Assembly (NCBI RefSeq): GCF_030684315.1
Contig: NC_081396.1
Span: 3,534,001 to 3,598,000 of the forward strand
Direction: 5' to 3'
Source: Stegostoma tigrinum
Lineage: Eukaryota
DNA: 64,000 nt
Shown: piece after piece, positions 1-12,175 of the stretch
Layout: each line of letters starts with the position of its first letter
How positions within the stretch are numbered: the stretch's first letter is position 1
Program-made: the position numbers and the translations under genes
Notes under the pieces: generated by a model
Database searches by the model: none
The model's input: only the letters and a program-made list of their open reading frames with translations
What the model was told of the DNA's origin: nothing

Positions 1-2290
1 AAAAACTACCGACCCCTTTAGCTTCTTGTAAAAACCCAAAAAACCTTCACCTCTCTGACAAACAACAGTCAGCCTTTGCAGACTTAAAAGCAGACCTTGC
101 AGCTTCCCCGGCTTTGGGAAGACCTTTACATGACAGACCTTTCCGGCTATATGTTAATGTTGTGTCTGGGTGCACCACTGGGCTATTGACACAGACTCGT
201 GGCATGAGCAAACAACCGGCCAACGACGACTCTACCTGCCTGGACTCTGTCGCACATGGGCTTACACCTTTGTTCCAAGATTCTTCTTGCAATTTATTCT
301 TCAGTCACTGCAGCCTCTAAAGTTACTGTCCACAAGACACTTACTGCCGAAAACTCACATGCCATTGACGTCATCCTCTCCTCCCACCAGACTCAACACC
401 TTACCCAGGCACATTTTAGATGCTACGAAGTCGCACTCCTTAACAATCCGCTCTTGACATTCTCTTTCTGCTTCATAAATAACCCAACCACGTTTTTGAG
501 CACCAAACTCCGACGAGTTTTTAGCACACCTGCATGACTGCTTACGAAGGAACCAATTTCTAACATTTCTGCGCCTGTACCTGATTGATGTCACGGTCCC
601 TTCTCCGGATGTTATCCTGTTTGTTGATGGCAGTTCCTCCAAGTTCCCTTTGGGTAACACTCTCGATATCCAATTGTCGATGTTGCCTCAGATTAGAATC
701 AATGGTGTTTGAGCCCCCAGTTTCCACTCAGAAAGCAGAACATTTTATCCTGACTGTGCTTGCATTCTAGCAACAGGGAAGTCAGCGAATATTTACACCA
801 ACTCTCCGTATACCTTCAGAGTCACCTACAACTTTGGCCAGTTATGGTGTCAGTATGGGTTTTTAACATCTTCAGGTTCACCCTTCCAACATTCCTCGTT
901 TGTTAAAAACCCTCTCCAGACAATCCTCTTCACTAACCAAGTGGTTATTATCAAATGTGCTGTCCATGCCTCCGACGAATCCATAGTTACTCAGGGCAAA
1001 TCTCGGGCTGATCAGGCGGCCAAACAGGCAACTGCAGATCAAACCTTTATTGTGCCATGTACGAACAAGCAGGTGGGAAATCCAATGCCTCATTCGGACT
1101 AGATGGGCATACCAGAAATAGTCACTGTTCAGCACCTACAGGGCGATGCCCCTGCTTCTGAAAAGGACATTCGGACGGTGCATGGATGTTCGTATTCTGC
1201 ATCGTCAGGCCTTTGGATTACCCTCGTCGGCCAAGTGTGTATACCTGTTGCTTTGTTACCAATGCTTGTTGACTGTCTGCATTCTGACACCTACGTTGGC
1301 AAAGAGGCAATGAGTGGTATTATGCTCCGTACCTTGTGGCACATCCGACTGGCTGAGGCACCCGCCCTCCCGCCCCAGTCTCAAAGAGCATCATTTCTCA
1401 CATGCAAGTAAAACAATTTTGGCCTGGTGGAGACGTGCTCACCAGGAAAAAAAATCAGGTGGACCGTTTGAATGCATTTAACTGGATTTGATTGAATTAC
1501 CTCGTGTAATTAGTTGTAAGTATTGTCTTGTCATTGCAGATTCATTCAGTAGGTGGAGAGAGGCTTTCACACTGACGCATAACAAAGCCTCAACAGTAGT
1601 GAAGTTATTATTAATTGAAATAATGCCAAGGTTAGGAGTGACTCGACAAATTATTTCTGTCAATGGCATCACTTTGTAGGAAAGATTAATAAGGAGCTGT
1701 GTGATACTTTATGCATCCAGCAGCAATTTCAACGTTCATACCACCCCTCAGTGTCAGGGATAGTGGAAAAAGAGAATGGAACGATCAAAGCGAAATTGAC
1801 CAAGTTGATATTCGAGACTGGCCTTAGCTAGTTAAAGGTTTTGCCGCTAGCTTTGTACCACACGCGAATAACACCCTATTCTACGACTGGACTCGCAGCA
1901 ACAGAAATCGCCTATGGCTGACCCAGCAAAACACCCTGGGATGCCAATACCAGCCCACCCACCCAAATTGACTTGAATGTTGTGGGAGAAGAAATGCAAA
2001 GGTATTTCCTGCAGCCAACATCGCCTCCAAAGTTTCTCCATTCACTGGTGAAGTGTACCTTTGGAACACCGTTGCAGGCACTAGACCAAGACCTGAAGCA
2101 CTAGAATCGCTCTTCATGACGACAGATTGGAGATTTCGTACTTGTCCGAGATTGGGATCACCCAAATCTTGGGCGGAGGTGGAACGGGCCATTCTTTAAA
2201 CTCCAACAGCTCGAAAGTTAAAAGACAGAATCACTGGATCCACCTCAGTAACTGCAAACGACAGATTCCCTCTTCCCCTTGCAATTAACC
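1..2290 (+). mobile_element. pol: Endogenous retrovirus pol remnant (RT connection, RNase H, integrase), class I (epsilon/gamma-like), with many stops and frameshifts; 5' part lies outside the window
   Basis: Broken frames give retroviral motifs: GRPLHDRPFRLYV (RT connection), ILFVDGSS (about 614-640; RNase H), STQKAE, integrase LDLIELPR..KYCLVIADSFSRWREAF (ORF 1488-1679), YHPSVSGIVEKENGTIKAKL (about 1738-1800), and C-terminal WIHLSNCK (about 2235-2258). Confidence 0.9.
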
Positions 2291-2318
2291 ATTTGAATGA
2301 GGATTATTCTGACAGTGC

Positions 2319-3110
2319 ATGTCCAGCAAACAATCTGTTTCACAGAACACACGTCCAACTGCACGGGAATCAGACAACATGTTACCTGCTACCAGGCTAA
2401 GAAGGGATTCGTTTTCCTTCTTAATGAGACCTTCACGATTGCCACTAAAATTTTGCTGGTGCTGTTTGCTGTTGGGGCCATTGGGCGCATCATGGTCTCT
2501 TGTCCCCAATGAGCGTGGATTCAATGGCGAATTGCCACACGCTTCCTGAGCCAGTAGTTTTGCGATGCATGGCAGGATCCAATTGCCTTGGGCTCTTCCT
2601 TGTGTTATGGCTTCCTTGGAACTGTTAGCTTGGGAGGATCCCCGCGGTGGAGTCCGTAAGTAAACCGAAATTACCTTATATGTAGACTCACCACCCTGGG
2701 AAACTGCACAATGAAAGCATTGGAGGCAGTCAACCGAGAATTTGCCAAACTTCATCTCTATGCTCAGTCAACCCGGTATGCAATGGACCATCAACTGGCT
2801 CAGCAAGGTGGAGAATGTATTATCATAGAGAACAAGTCCATGATCAAGTTACAGATGAGTCCTATATTATTACCCAGGATATGCAAGCCATACAATGGCA
2901 CTTGGAACAGTACAGAGAGGGGCCCTGACCGGGGCAGGGTGGCTCTTTAGCATGGTTTATGGGCGGTTCTTGGGTCTCATACCTGCTACATGAGCTAGTT
3001 ATTCTACAAGTTGTCATAGCGTTTGCTGTGTGTTTATTGTGTGCCTGAAATCTTGATTCAGGCATGCGTTTGCCAGATCAGCAGCTCCCTTCTTGTCCCT
3101 GACATAAGTT
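2319..3110 (+). pseudogene. env: ERV env remnant: leader/signal-like segment plus TM-subunit fragment; most of SU missing
   Basis: ORF 2319-2549 ends in a hydrophobic signal-like stretch (KFCWCCLLLGPLGASWSL). ORF 2711-2950 contains ALEAVNREFAKLHLYAQSTRYAMDHQLAQQGGECIII, a degenerate heptad plus immunosuppressive-domain motif (LQNRxxLDxLLAxxGGxC). A hydrophobic anchor-like stretch follows near 2995-3045. It lies between integrase and the PPT. Confidence 0.8.
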
Positions 3111-3135
3111 AACATGAAATAATAAACGGAGGGAA

Positions 3136-3926
3136 TGAGATGTTGTTGGGACAACATCCCATTGATTTCCACATTCTAGAGAAGTAAATGCTCTTTACCT
3201 GCTTACCCAGAAGTATGTGGACAATGCCTTCAAACCTCCTGCCGAACTAGAATTAGGTGTAAAACTTTGTAAATTCCAATCTTCCTACACATAGGTGGAA
3301 AGACACTACCTTAAGCTTCCCGCCTAAATAGAATTATGTAAAAACTTTGCCAGACTTTATCTTCCTGCGCAGGGGTATGTGGAAACTGTCTCAAATAAGG
3401 TGAGGTGTGTAGTGTTTGTAAACGTGTGAGACTTCTGAAATCCTGTAAAGAATGTAATTTCTGTTTCTGCTAAATGGGCCAGGGCACTGAATACTTTTTT
3501 TTCAAGCCAGACACTTTGGCGTCTTGAAGTTACATTCTTTCACTTCAGCTACTTGAAATCGTCTCCTGCTCCTCGCAGTCACTTCACGAATGATCGATAC
3601 TGCATCCTGCTGTCTGCATGTTTTTCATGTTGTAATTGTTTGTGTATCATGTCATTGCCCGATGTAGAGATTGTTTCATGCAACATGCCATTGTGAGATG
3701 TAAATTTGCTTTGTCTGGTATGCACTCGATAAGGTATAAAAAATGGGGACTGTCCACTACTCAGGGACAATCGCTTCTGAGACTCTGCACTCTGTGCCAG
3801 GTTGAGTGCAGTGATCCTCCACAGATTGTACTTGCTTCCTAATACTGGATTTGTGTTTTTTTCTAAACAGGTCAGTGTCTTGTTATTGCATCAAGTACGT
3901 CAAGGTCTCCGAAAACAAACCTATCA
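3136..3926 (+). mobile_element. Probable 3' LTR of the ERV
   Basis: Purine-rich tract AAACGGAGGGAA (3124-3135) is followed immediately by TGAGA. TATAAAA at 3735-3741. Candidate end ...TATCA at 3926 is an imperfect inverted match to the start. The right boundary is uncertain because the 5' LTR is not in the window. Confidence 0.65.
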
Positions 3927-4015
3927 ATAAATGGTCCCTATTATCAGTTTTTCTTGCTCCCCAGCTCACCAATACGCACAATGTTTGTCTACCCAGCTGC
4001 TGTTCTCTTTGAGTT

Positions 4016-4590
4016 CACAGAACATAGAACATCGAACACAGAACAATACAGCACAGAACAGGCCCTTCGGCCCTCGATATTGCGCTGACCGGCAAATTAA
4101 TCGAAGCACATCCTACTTAAACTATCCCATCATCATCCATTTGCTTATCCAAGGACTGTTTAAATGCCCCTAATGTGGCTGAGTTAACTACAATTGCAGG
4201 CAGGACGTTCCAAGCCCTTACCATGCTCAGAGTAAATAATCTGCCTCTGACATCTGTCTGATATCTATCACCCCTGAATTTGTAGCTATGCCCCCTCGTA
4301 CAAGCTGACGTCATCATCGTCGAAAAAAGACTCTCACTGTCCACCCTATCTGATCCTCTGTTCATCTTATATGTCTCAATTAAATCCCCCTTAGACTTCT
4401 TCTCTCCAATGAGAACAGACCCAAATCCCTCAGTCTTTCTTCATAGTTCTCTCACTCCAGACCAGGCAACATCCTGGTAAATCTCCTCTGCACCTTTTCC
4501 AATGCTTCCACATCCTTCCTGTAATGGGGCGACCAGAACTGCGTGCAATATTCCAAATGAGGCCGCACTAGCGTTTTATGTAGATCCATC
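4016..4590 (-). mobile_element. CR1-clade LINE (HER1-like), 5'-truncated 3' end
   Basis: Minus-strand ORFs KTLVRPHLEYCTQFWSPHYRKDVEALEKVQRRFTRMLPGLE and TRGHSYKFRG..DVRGRLFT..VRAWNVLP are the CR1 ORF2 C-terminus. A (TTCTATG/TTCTGTG)-type tail lies at 4016-4060. Confidence 0.92.
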
Positions 4591-6299
4591 TCAATCTGTC
4601 TCCATCTTACTAAATGCAACCATCCATGGCTACCCGACATTCCCGTTTCCTTTGCTTACAGATCTCTGCTTCCAGGTGCATTTGGCTCTGAAGAAGCATC
4701 ACTGTACCGGAAATATTGAGGCTGTTGAATTTCCAAAGATGCTGTCAGGCCCCCTGAGATCCGAATCAATTTCTATTTCGGCCTTTTTTTGAATTTTGTT
4801 GGAATGATAACACTGCCGTCTATGTGCTTATTTCTAACAGCCAGTACTCCAATTCGTTGTCAATTCTTTCACGATGTTACCGCATTTCAGGACCAGATGT
4901 TGAAATACTTGCTTCATCCCCACAGGCATTCATCTTTTTAAGGTCACCAATAGAAAGATCCAATTTTCTCCGAGACTGTCAGGCAAATTCGGTTTCCAAA
5001 TGAAGGGGAATTTCAATCAATGAGGGATACATGGGCTCATGCACCCCAATAGTTGGAAAAACAGCTTCTGGCTCTTAGCACTCATCCCACTCAGGTCTTT
5101 CTCTTGGCACAGGGATGATATCAATCACCCAAGGTCCACACTGACGAGGAGCATGCGCAGCAGAATGGTAGTAAAGCCTCCAAATGTGAGGGAGGATTGA
5201 GGCTATCAGTTGAATGAGAAGTTTCAGTAACACCTCGGGGAGGTGGCCAGGCCTGATTGTCAATATGCTACTTCCTCCTGGGGTAGAGTTTGTCAAAGAG
5301 AGCAGGGCCGGAATTTCCTGGGTGAGGTCTGAGGCCTCGAATAAGAGCGTCTCACGTTGCGACTGTACCCCGCCGGCCTTACTGGCGGCTATCGTAGTGA
5401 GAACACCATCAAATGCCATTTCTGTGGCAGAATTCCTATTTTGTGTCAGTCTTTTGCGTCATTGAGAGTTTGCTAAATTCACTCTGAGACAGCTGACTCT
5501 GAGTTTAGACTATGATCCCTAAAAACATGAAAAGGGAGTGAGAGTGGCATCCAGGATTAACAAAAACAAAACCAATCATCGTATATAAATTAACCCAAAC
5601 GAATCTGTCAATTGTTGGGGATGGAGATGAAGCATGCAAGATGTCAGTCACCTGGTGTGAAAATCCTTTGCTCATTGGTTTACTTTTCAGATCGTCGACA
5701 AGCTGGAGAAATGAACCCAAACATGGAATAGGATTGGAGAACACTGAGATTTGAGGAAGGAAATAATGGGAATGGATTTGTATCTCAACCCATAAAAACT
5801 AGCATTGTCTCATTAGTCGTCTTTTTTGATCCTGTCATTATATTGTCGTCTTTTGTAAAATCCTTTCATCGAGTGGTGCAAGCTTTAGATGGAAACGCAA
5901 ACCAAAGAATGCATCAAACTTTGACCGTCTCCTGAGTTATCTGGGCCTGAATGTCATTGCTCTTTATATATGATACAACTAATATTTGTTCGTTCTGTCT
6001 GTGCGAAAACTGTTCAAAAATCAGCAAATTCTGTGACGTACACACACAATTGAATGTGAGGTTTCGACCTCACTGTATGTGGAAACAGTTTTAATTGGCA
6101 ATATTTTAAAAAAAAACTTATGCTGTTCACATTCACAAGAAACTAAGTGTTCTGATGGTAAATGAGGCTTCATCTGATCATCCAAACTGCAGGGACACCT
6201 GGAAACCAGCAAAATGAAGAAACTGTGGTAATGTAATGATTATGGGAGAGTATTTAATTATCCATCCAGGTTACTAAAGGTTGACCACAGACATAAGGA

Positions 6300-6620
6300 G
6301 ACCAGCACCACACCATATCCATGGATCTGTGGGCACAGTCAAGAATTCGATTGTCATTCTTTTCTGGGATATTCACACAGTGAAATGAAGATGAAGTCAT
6401 TTACTTGCTCTGTGTGTGGGAAGGAATTTATTAAAGCCAGCATCCTGCTGTCATATGTGTGTTCTCACATTCAAGATTAGCCATTCTGCTGCACTGTCTG
6501 TGGAAGGAGGTCCAGGCGGTCATGTGAATTCATTACTTAGCAGCGAATTGGCACTGGAGAGAGGCCATTCACCTGCTCAGCATGTGAAAGAGATTCGCTC
6601 AGTCATCCAATCTGCTGAGG
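6300..6620 (+). pseudogene. Degenerate C2H2 zinc-finger array fragment
   Basis: Translation gives FTCSVCGKEFIK.., PFCCTVCGR.. and linker TGERPFTCSACE (actggagagaggccattcacctgctc at about 6553-6578), with stops and loss of the His residues. Confidence 0.75.
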
Positions 6621-8775
6621 GTCCTCCCTGAGTATGCTCAAAAATCAGACAATGTACCATGGCATGTAAACAACAAAAAATGTGATTTTTTAAAATTACT
6701 GCTGGAGGCAACACAAACACCGAAATATGTTAAAATGAAATTTAGAATGAAGTCTCTGATCTCACCTGGAAAACCGCGTCCACTTTCAGACCTTTTTTTT
6801 TGAAAGAAAGGAAAGTCATGAAACAGAGGCAATACAAAATCACCGTGCTAAAGCGCTGTTTCCGGGATGATGAGCTTTGCGAAGGCTGGCCGATCCTCCA
6901 CTGTTTAACAACAATTTTCAATTTGGTTGAATTCCATAAAATGCCACTGCGTTTTAGTAGAGTTGTACAGGGAGAAGCTGCTTCTATTGAAGAAGGATTG
7001 TAAACATTCAGACGATTGTCAAATATAACTGGCAATTAGAACAACTCAAAATTAGATAAAGTGAAGCTTATTTTAATGCAGTGACTGTTTCAGAGAGTTA
7101 AACCTACTGCAAACTCCGCTGTGAACTCGGGATTATGCGCAGCACTCAAAGGTATTGTAGCCTGGTGAGATGGTTTAAAACAATATTTGTGATTTATCAG
7201 CAACGATGTAGGTGTCTGTGAAAAAAAGTAACCAAACAAATCTGTTCGAGCATCTCCCACATTTAGCAGCACAGCTTCTATTGTCAGTTTCTACTTAATG
7301 CTTTGTTTCCGATCAATGCCTTTGTCGTTTCGGTTTCCTCACTGTAAACCTGCTTGTGTACATCTTTTCTACACTTCGCACGTTTAAAAATTCCAGCGGT
7401 GGTGGAAGTATGTGACTTTTGCTCGATTAGTTTGGAAGAGTCTCTCTGTGTACCCAATTTAATTCAAAGAGCAATTTCTCTTTTTTGAATTTGCATGTGT
7501 GTAATGGTTGTATGTATTAAAGTTGATCATTAATCTCTTGTCATGATATAAGGTTCAATTTTAAGGATTAAATGGTAATTTGAGAAAATTACGAAAATAC
7601 CGGAAATAATTATCTAGCTTTTAGTGCTCCAGCCAGACCATGACATCAGATCTAGCAGAAGAAAATCTTCATTGTTTGGTGTTTTGAAACAGCCGGTTTC
7701 ATAAGAAATTTGTATTACATGCGTAGCTGCTGCGTAAGTAAAATATATCGAGTGTAGAAAGGTTCAGTGCATATAGAACAGGCAGTTTCCAGAATCTGAG
7801 AACGCTTCCTTTTTTTGACGCTGAATTATATCTTGTGCCCCATGTGTCTCAATGTATCTGTATTCTTGAGTGAATGTGATACTTGTGGCTGATTAACATT
7901 TAATTGGACATGTTTGGTCGAAATTTATTCATTGGGAACTCATGGTCTACCGACGTTGGATGCATTGTGGTTTAAGACAGAATCGAGCGAACTTGTAACT
8001 CCATTGTGTGTCCTTAGCAGCTTTCTTGTCAAACAATGGTCGTGATGTTTTTATAAAGGCTGTGACCTTTTGTGTATCAGAGGAAACATTGATGGCCTCC
8101 TTGCACTTTCATTCTGCCTGCAGATTATCCTATCAGACATATCGAGTGAAAGATGAGTTTACATTAATGGGCCACAAGTTAGAGAAGCATTAACTGAAAT
8201 GAATTCATGAAACGAAATCTGACATAAGTGTGTAGCATTTGACCTGAATCGGATCTAGGCGGACAAACTTGGGAAAATATATCATTACTGTTGGCCCTTG
8301 AAGTAAGAATTAAACAATTTCAAGTTTCATACATATTCATTCCACATTTCTTTACCGTTTCAGACAGCATTTTTATCGAAACGTTGCTGTTAAAATCACC
8401 AAAGAATAACATAATTACCCGATGCCACATTGAGTTGATAATGCATGACCTCTGAGCTCAGTAACCAGAAGAAGAAAACACGGGGTCAACATAAAGGACA
8501 GACATCAATTCGGAACAAGAATAACAAGAAAAAAAAGCACAAGTTGACTTCAAACAACTGGAAACCTACAAATTCTTGAAAAAAATAGCTATTTCGACAA
8601 TATGAAACAAGGTTATTTGGAAAACCCATGGAATATTTTCTCAGTTACTCACATAAACTATTTTTTTTTTCCTCACTGCTAGTGTCGACAGCAGGAGCGA
8701 TTGTACATTTTGAATTCAATGGCCTCGATAAACGTAAAATTTATTCAAGGAATTTCCTTGGGGTCACAAATTCAT

Positions 8776-8784
8776 TCACTTGAC
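8776..8784 (-). pseudogene. IGHM: Duplicated IgM TM2' exon (GTC AAG TGA)
   Basis: Minus strand reads ttttttcag|GTCAAGTGA, the same 9 nt as the functional TM2, with the acceptor intact. Confidence 0.85.
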
Positions 8785-8923
8785 CTGAAAAAAGAATGTT
8801 TACGTAATGATTTAGATGTTTATGATCAGAACATACAGGTTTTAATTTTAATTCAATGACACACATCAAGATTTCACGAGCCACAATGGCCTGGTGATGT
8901 GTGAAAGATTTCATTCTTCTCAC

Positions 8924-9040
8924 CTGCACCAGCGTGACAGCAGCACGAGAGAAAATGGTCAGGAAGAAAAAGGTGATGAATGTAGAAGCAGAAGATGTTA
9001 TCATCCTCAAAGTCTTCAATCCAATTATGATCTTTCAAAT
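8924..9040 (-). pseudogene. IGHM: Duplicated IgM TM1' exon, frameshifted
   Basis: Acceptor ttcatag and donor GTGAGA are intact, but the exon is 117 nt versus 128 nt (net 11-nt loss around NGNIWAT). The hydrophobic frame (ASTFITFFFLTIFSRAAVTLVQ) is out of phase and has FYS changed to FSR. Confidence 0.9.
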
Positions 9041-11836
9041 CTATGAAATTAAAGCCAAGATAACGGAATTAGAATGTTCATTTATCCAATCCGATGTATC
9101 TTTATCTAAATAATGTAATCAGGGACCATAACACATTCTTCAAACCGTCAGGTTGTTCTCAAATGTGTTACTTGATCTCTATCTATTATTGTGTTAGTTA
9201 CTCTCAGCAATAACTTGTTAACACTAATTGCACACGTTCTTCCTTTGTTTTCCATGTCTCAACATTTTGACACATTTCTTCATTTAAACTGTTCTGGGAG
9301 AACATAATTATTGTTATCATTCCGGACATACTGATTGGGAAAGATGATATTAATTCTCTCATTATATTTTCAATACAGGCTTTTACAGCTGTTACGTTGA
9401 AAATTGTGGCCATCACTGAAGATGATTTCAAATGTGATTATTCATCTTCTTTATTTATATGCGTTCAATTGCTTGAAAAATCAGAAGCAAAACTTAGATC
9501 CAGAGCAAGATTTTTTTTCACTGTGAACTTTCCCTAATTTTATTTCAGTCTGTCACTTACTGTGCATTTTTTTTTCTTTATTGTTTGGTTATACGGTTAT
9601 CAGGTTCTCTTGCTTCGCACTTATCCACATTGAAGCTTATGCATGACTGAACATATTCCTGTTGCCTTGTTGCTGGTATGATCATTCACATCTTTGTGCT
9701 TGTGGAGGTAAATTGTGTTCATTTCACAATGTGTCAAAATCATTTTTTTTGACACGTCACTTCATTTGGTGATACCTATCTTTATTTTTTCATGACTTTG
9801 TGTTTTTTTCTTTTACGTCGTGCTCCGGAAAATGTGTGTTAATGTATCGATTTCAGATTCTACCAGACTGAAATTATTTTCATGTTTGCACTCCATCAAT
9901 ATGTTAGTTTTTTATGTACCTTCATGTTTTGCTTGATGAGTATATTTAAGTGATGATATGGTTTCCTTGGGAATGCATCCTAAACCATCTTCTGATAGGA
10001 TTTCTTGTGCTGTTGCATCTGAATGTTTACTGATGTTGAGCCATTCCCCTTTTGTTGCAAATACCCGACTGTGTGTTGAAATATGCACTTCTGTGTCTGC
10101 ACGTGAGACTCATTAATTGTGTTTAAAAGTGTCCGTGTTTATGCGCTGATCATTTATGGTTTAAAAGATGCCACTAAGCTGCCTCTTTGTTCATATGACT
10201 ATATTTCTTCAAGTGAGGTAATAATGAGATTAAATTTATCTCTGTGATCTTATATATGTGCGTGTGAGTGAACCTGTGGGAGGATATGGCTCGGATATTT
10301 ATATCTGTTTATAATTGCATGTCTGTACGTATGAATATATGAAAGGATATGGATTCATGAACATTTGTGTGCTGAAATGTGTCTATGATTTCAAGTTCAT
10401 GTGGAGTTACCATTTTTTGTTTGGGTGTGTTTCTTTCCATGCACTGGATGTTTTTGTGAGAGTCTATGTGACAGCTCATAGATCATATGCAAATATTCCT
10501 CTCTGCATGTATGCATATGTGACAGCTTATCTGTATGTGCATTTATATTTGCACATATGTATGTCCCTTTAGGCGAAAGCTTGTGGATGTGTGTCTTTAG
10601 AGCAGTTGTGACTGTCTGTATCTGTGTTTCTTTCTGCTCTAACACAGGCTGTGTTTTATTTTTCATTATTTTGCAATTTTAATTGATTTGCAATGACTAT
10701 TTCTGATCCTGATGGTATCGGAAACATTTCTCGTCTGAATTAAAGATAAGCACTTTGTGATTGACGCTTGATGCAAAGGCAGAATTTCTGTCTCTGTGAT
10801 GGAAGACCTGAGATCAAATTTCCACGACTCCAGAGATGTGAAGCAACATTTCTGTGTATGTTGGATATAAAATATGTCCAAGGTAAGTGAAAGAAGATGA
10901 CATCCGGTGTTTGTACAGCAGAACTGATACCACGGGTTCAAGGAATTTTAGTCAAGTCTGTGTAAAATAGCTACACTAATGCTTATTTGGTTTTGTATGA
11001 TGCGGAATCAATGTTAACAGATGATTAATGGAACAAGCATGTCCAACATACTTCAAAGGAAGTATGTGGCATGGAAAAATTAACTCATTGTTCAGTCAGG
11101 AAGAAACTGACTGTTCCTGTTCGGAACAAAATCACATAACAGAGGGTGTACAACGTGAAAACTTGGAGAGTGGAGTTAGCTGAGAGCTCGTTAATTGTAT
11201 TCATTTCTCCGTCTGCTTGACAAGAACAAAATTTCTTTTTGTTATCATTGGTGTGGAATTGAAGATACATTCTGTCAAGTGGTGCGCTGCTGCAAGATCA
11301 CTGGACGCCCCAAGATAAAACAGAAAAATTCAAGTCATTCTGAATCCTATAAAATAAGTGTCCAAGTCAATGCTAACTTGTCAGTGTGTTCCAATAAAAA
11401 ATAATGTTAAAAGTCTCTGAAGTTGATATTGCCAGTTAATGCAGTGTGGCAGTTTAACGCTGGCATGAAATTTACAGATATGTCTCATTGAGGACTCATC
11501 AAAACAAAGATCATAATTGGTGCTGTTCATTTGTGATGAAATGGGCATTGCAAAATTTCGTCGCAGTGTGATTTAAGTTGCAGAAGGTAATTTCTAGAAT
11601 CCTGCAATGAATGAGCATCAGTCTGTCACTGAAAAGGACCAATTTAAGCAGGGAGCATGAACTGCGCAGGCTAAAGTACTGGAACTGCTAATTGTCGACA
11701 TTAGCTAGAGGGACAGAATATTATAAAACGTGGGAAATCAATCAATCAATTAAACGGTTGTCTATTTACAGAACAATTGGAGGAAAGAAAACAGTTTGTT
11801 ATTTTTATTGAATTCTTATGTGGATCCTTGAGACTT

Positions 11837-12175
11837 TCATTGGCATGAATTTATGGTGTCCATCAGTGCAAGCGAAATATTCACAAAACTCGGTTTCCCG
11901 CTTGATTTATCAACTGTTCTGTTGATGATCTTCAATGGGATCACTTCATGTCCCACCACACAGGAGTTAGAAGCACCGCTGGCACACTCCTCCGCAGCAA
12001 TGGATAATAGGATGTAGAAGAAGAAGGAGGTGTTATCGCTCTCTGTCGTCACCTCGGTGTTCATATTGTTAGTCGGATTAACGGGCTTGTCATTGGTTGT
12101 CCACTTGACGAAGCTCTCTCGGGGCCTGAAACCTCTCACTAAACAGTTGAGTGTCTGTGCGGACACTTCTTCTGT
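11837..12175 (-). pseudogene. IGHM: Duplicated, 5'-truncated Cmu4' plus secretory tailpiece (frame still open)
   Basis: ORF 11837-12244 aligns with Cmu4 from TE(D/E)VSAQ to ..[19 protein letters not shown]. It has a 9-nt in-frame deletion and about 21 substitutions by hand count. The native acceptor and first ~14 codons are missing. AATAAA is retained at 11804-11809. Confidence 0.92.

Larger units (their letters stand above)
8102..12175 (-). repeat. Second, diverged copy of the IgM 3' region (paralogous to about 23668-28001)
   Basis: Colinear similarity over about 4.1 kb: 8102-8330 matches 23668-23880, the TM exons match, the TG-rich intron 9580-10660 matches 25130-26230, and 11400-12175 matches 27220-28001. 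Confidence 0.95.

Noticed and set aside
2285-2755. 156-aa minus-strand ORF
   Set aside because: It is antisense to the ERV env remnant and has no recognisable motifs.
8102-12175. Assembly artefact (falsely duplicated haplotype)
   Set aside because: Divergence, numerous indels and a copy-specific TE insertion with TSD are far beyond allelic or sequencing differences.
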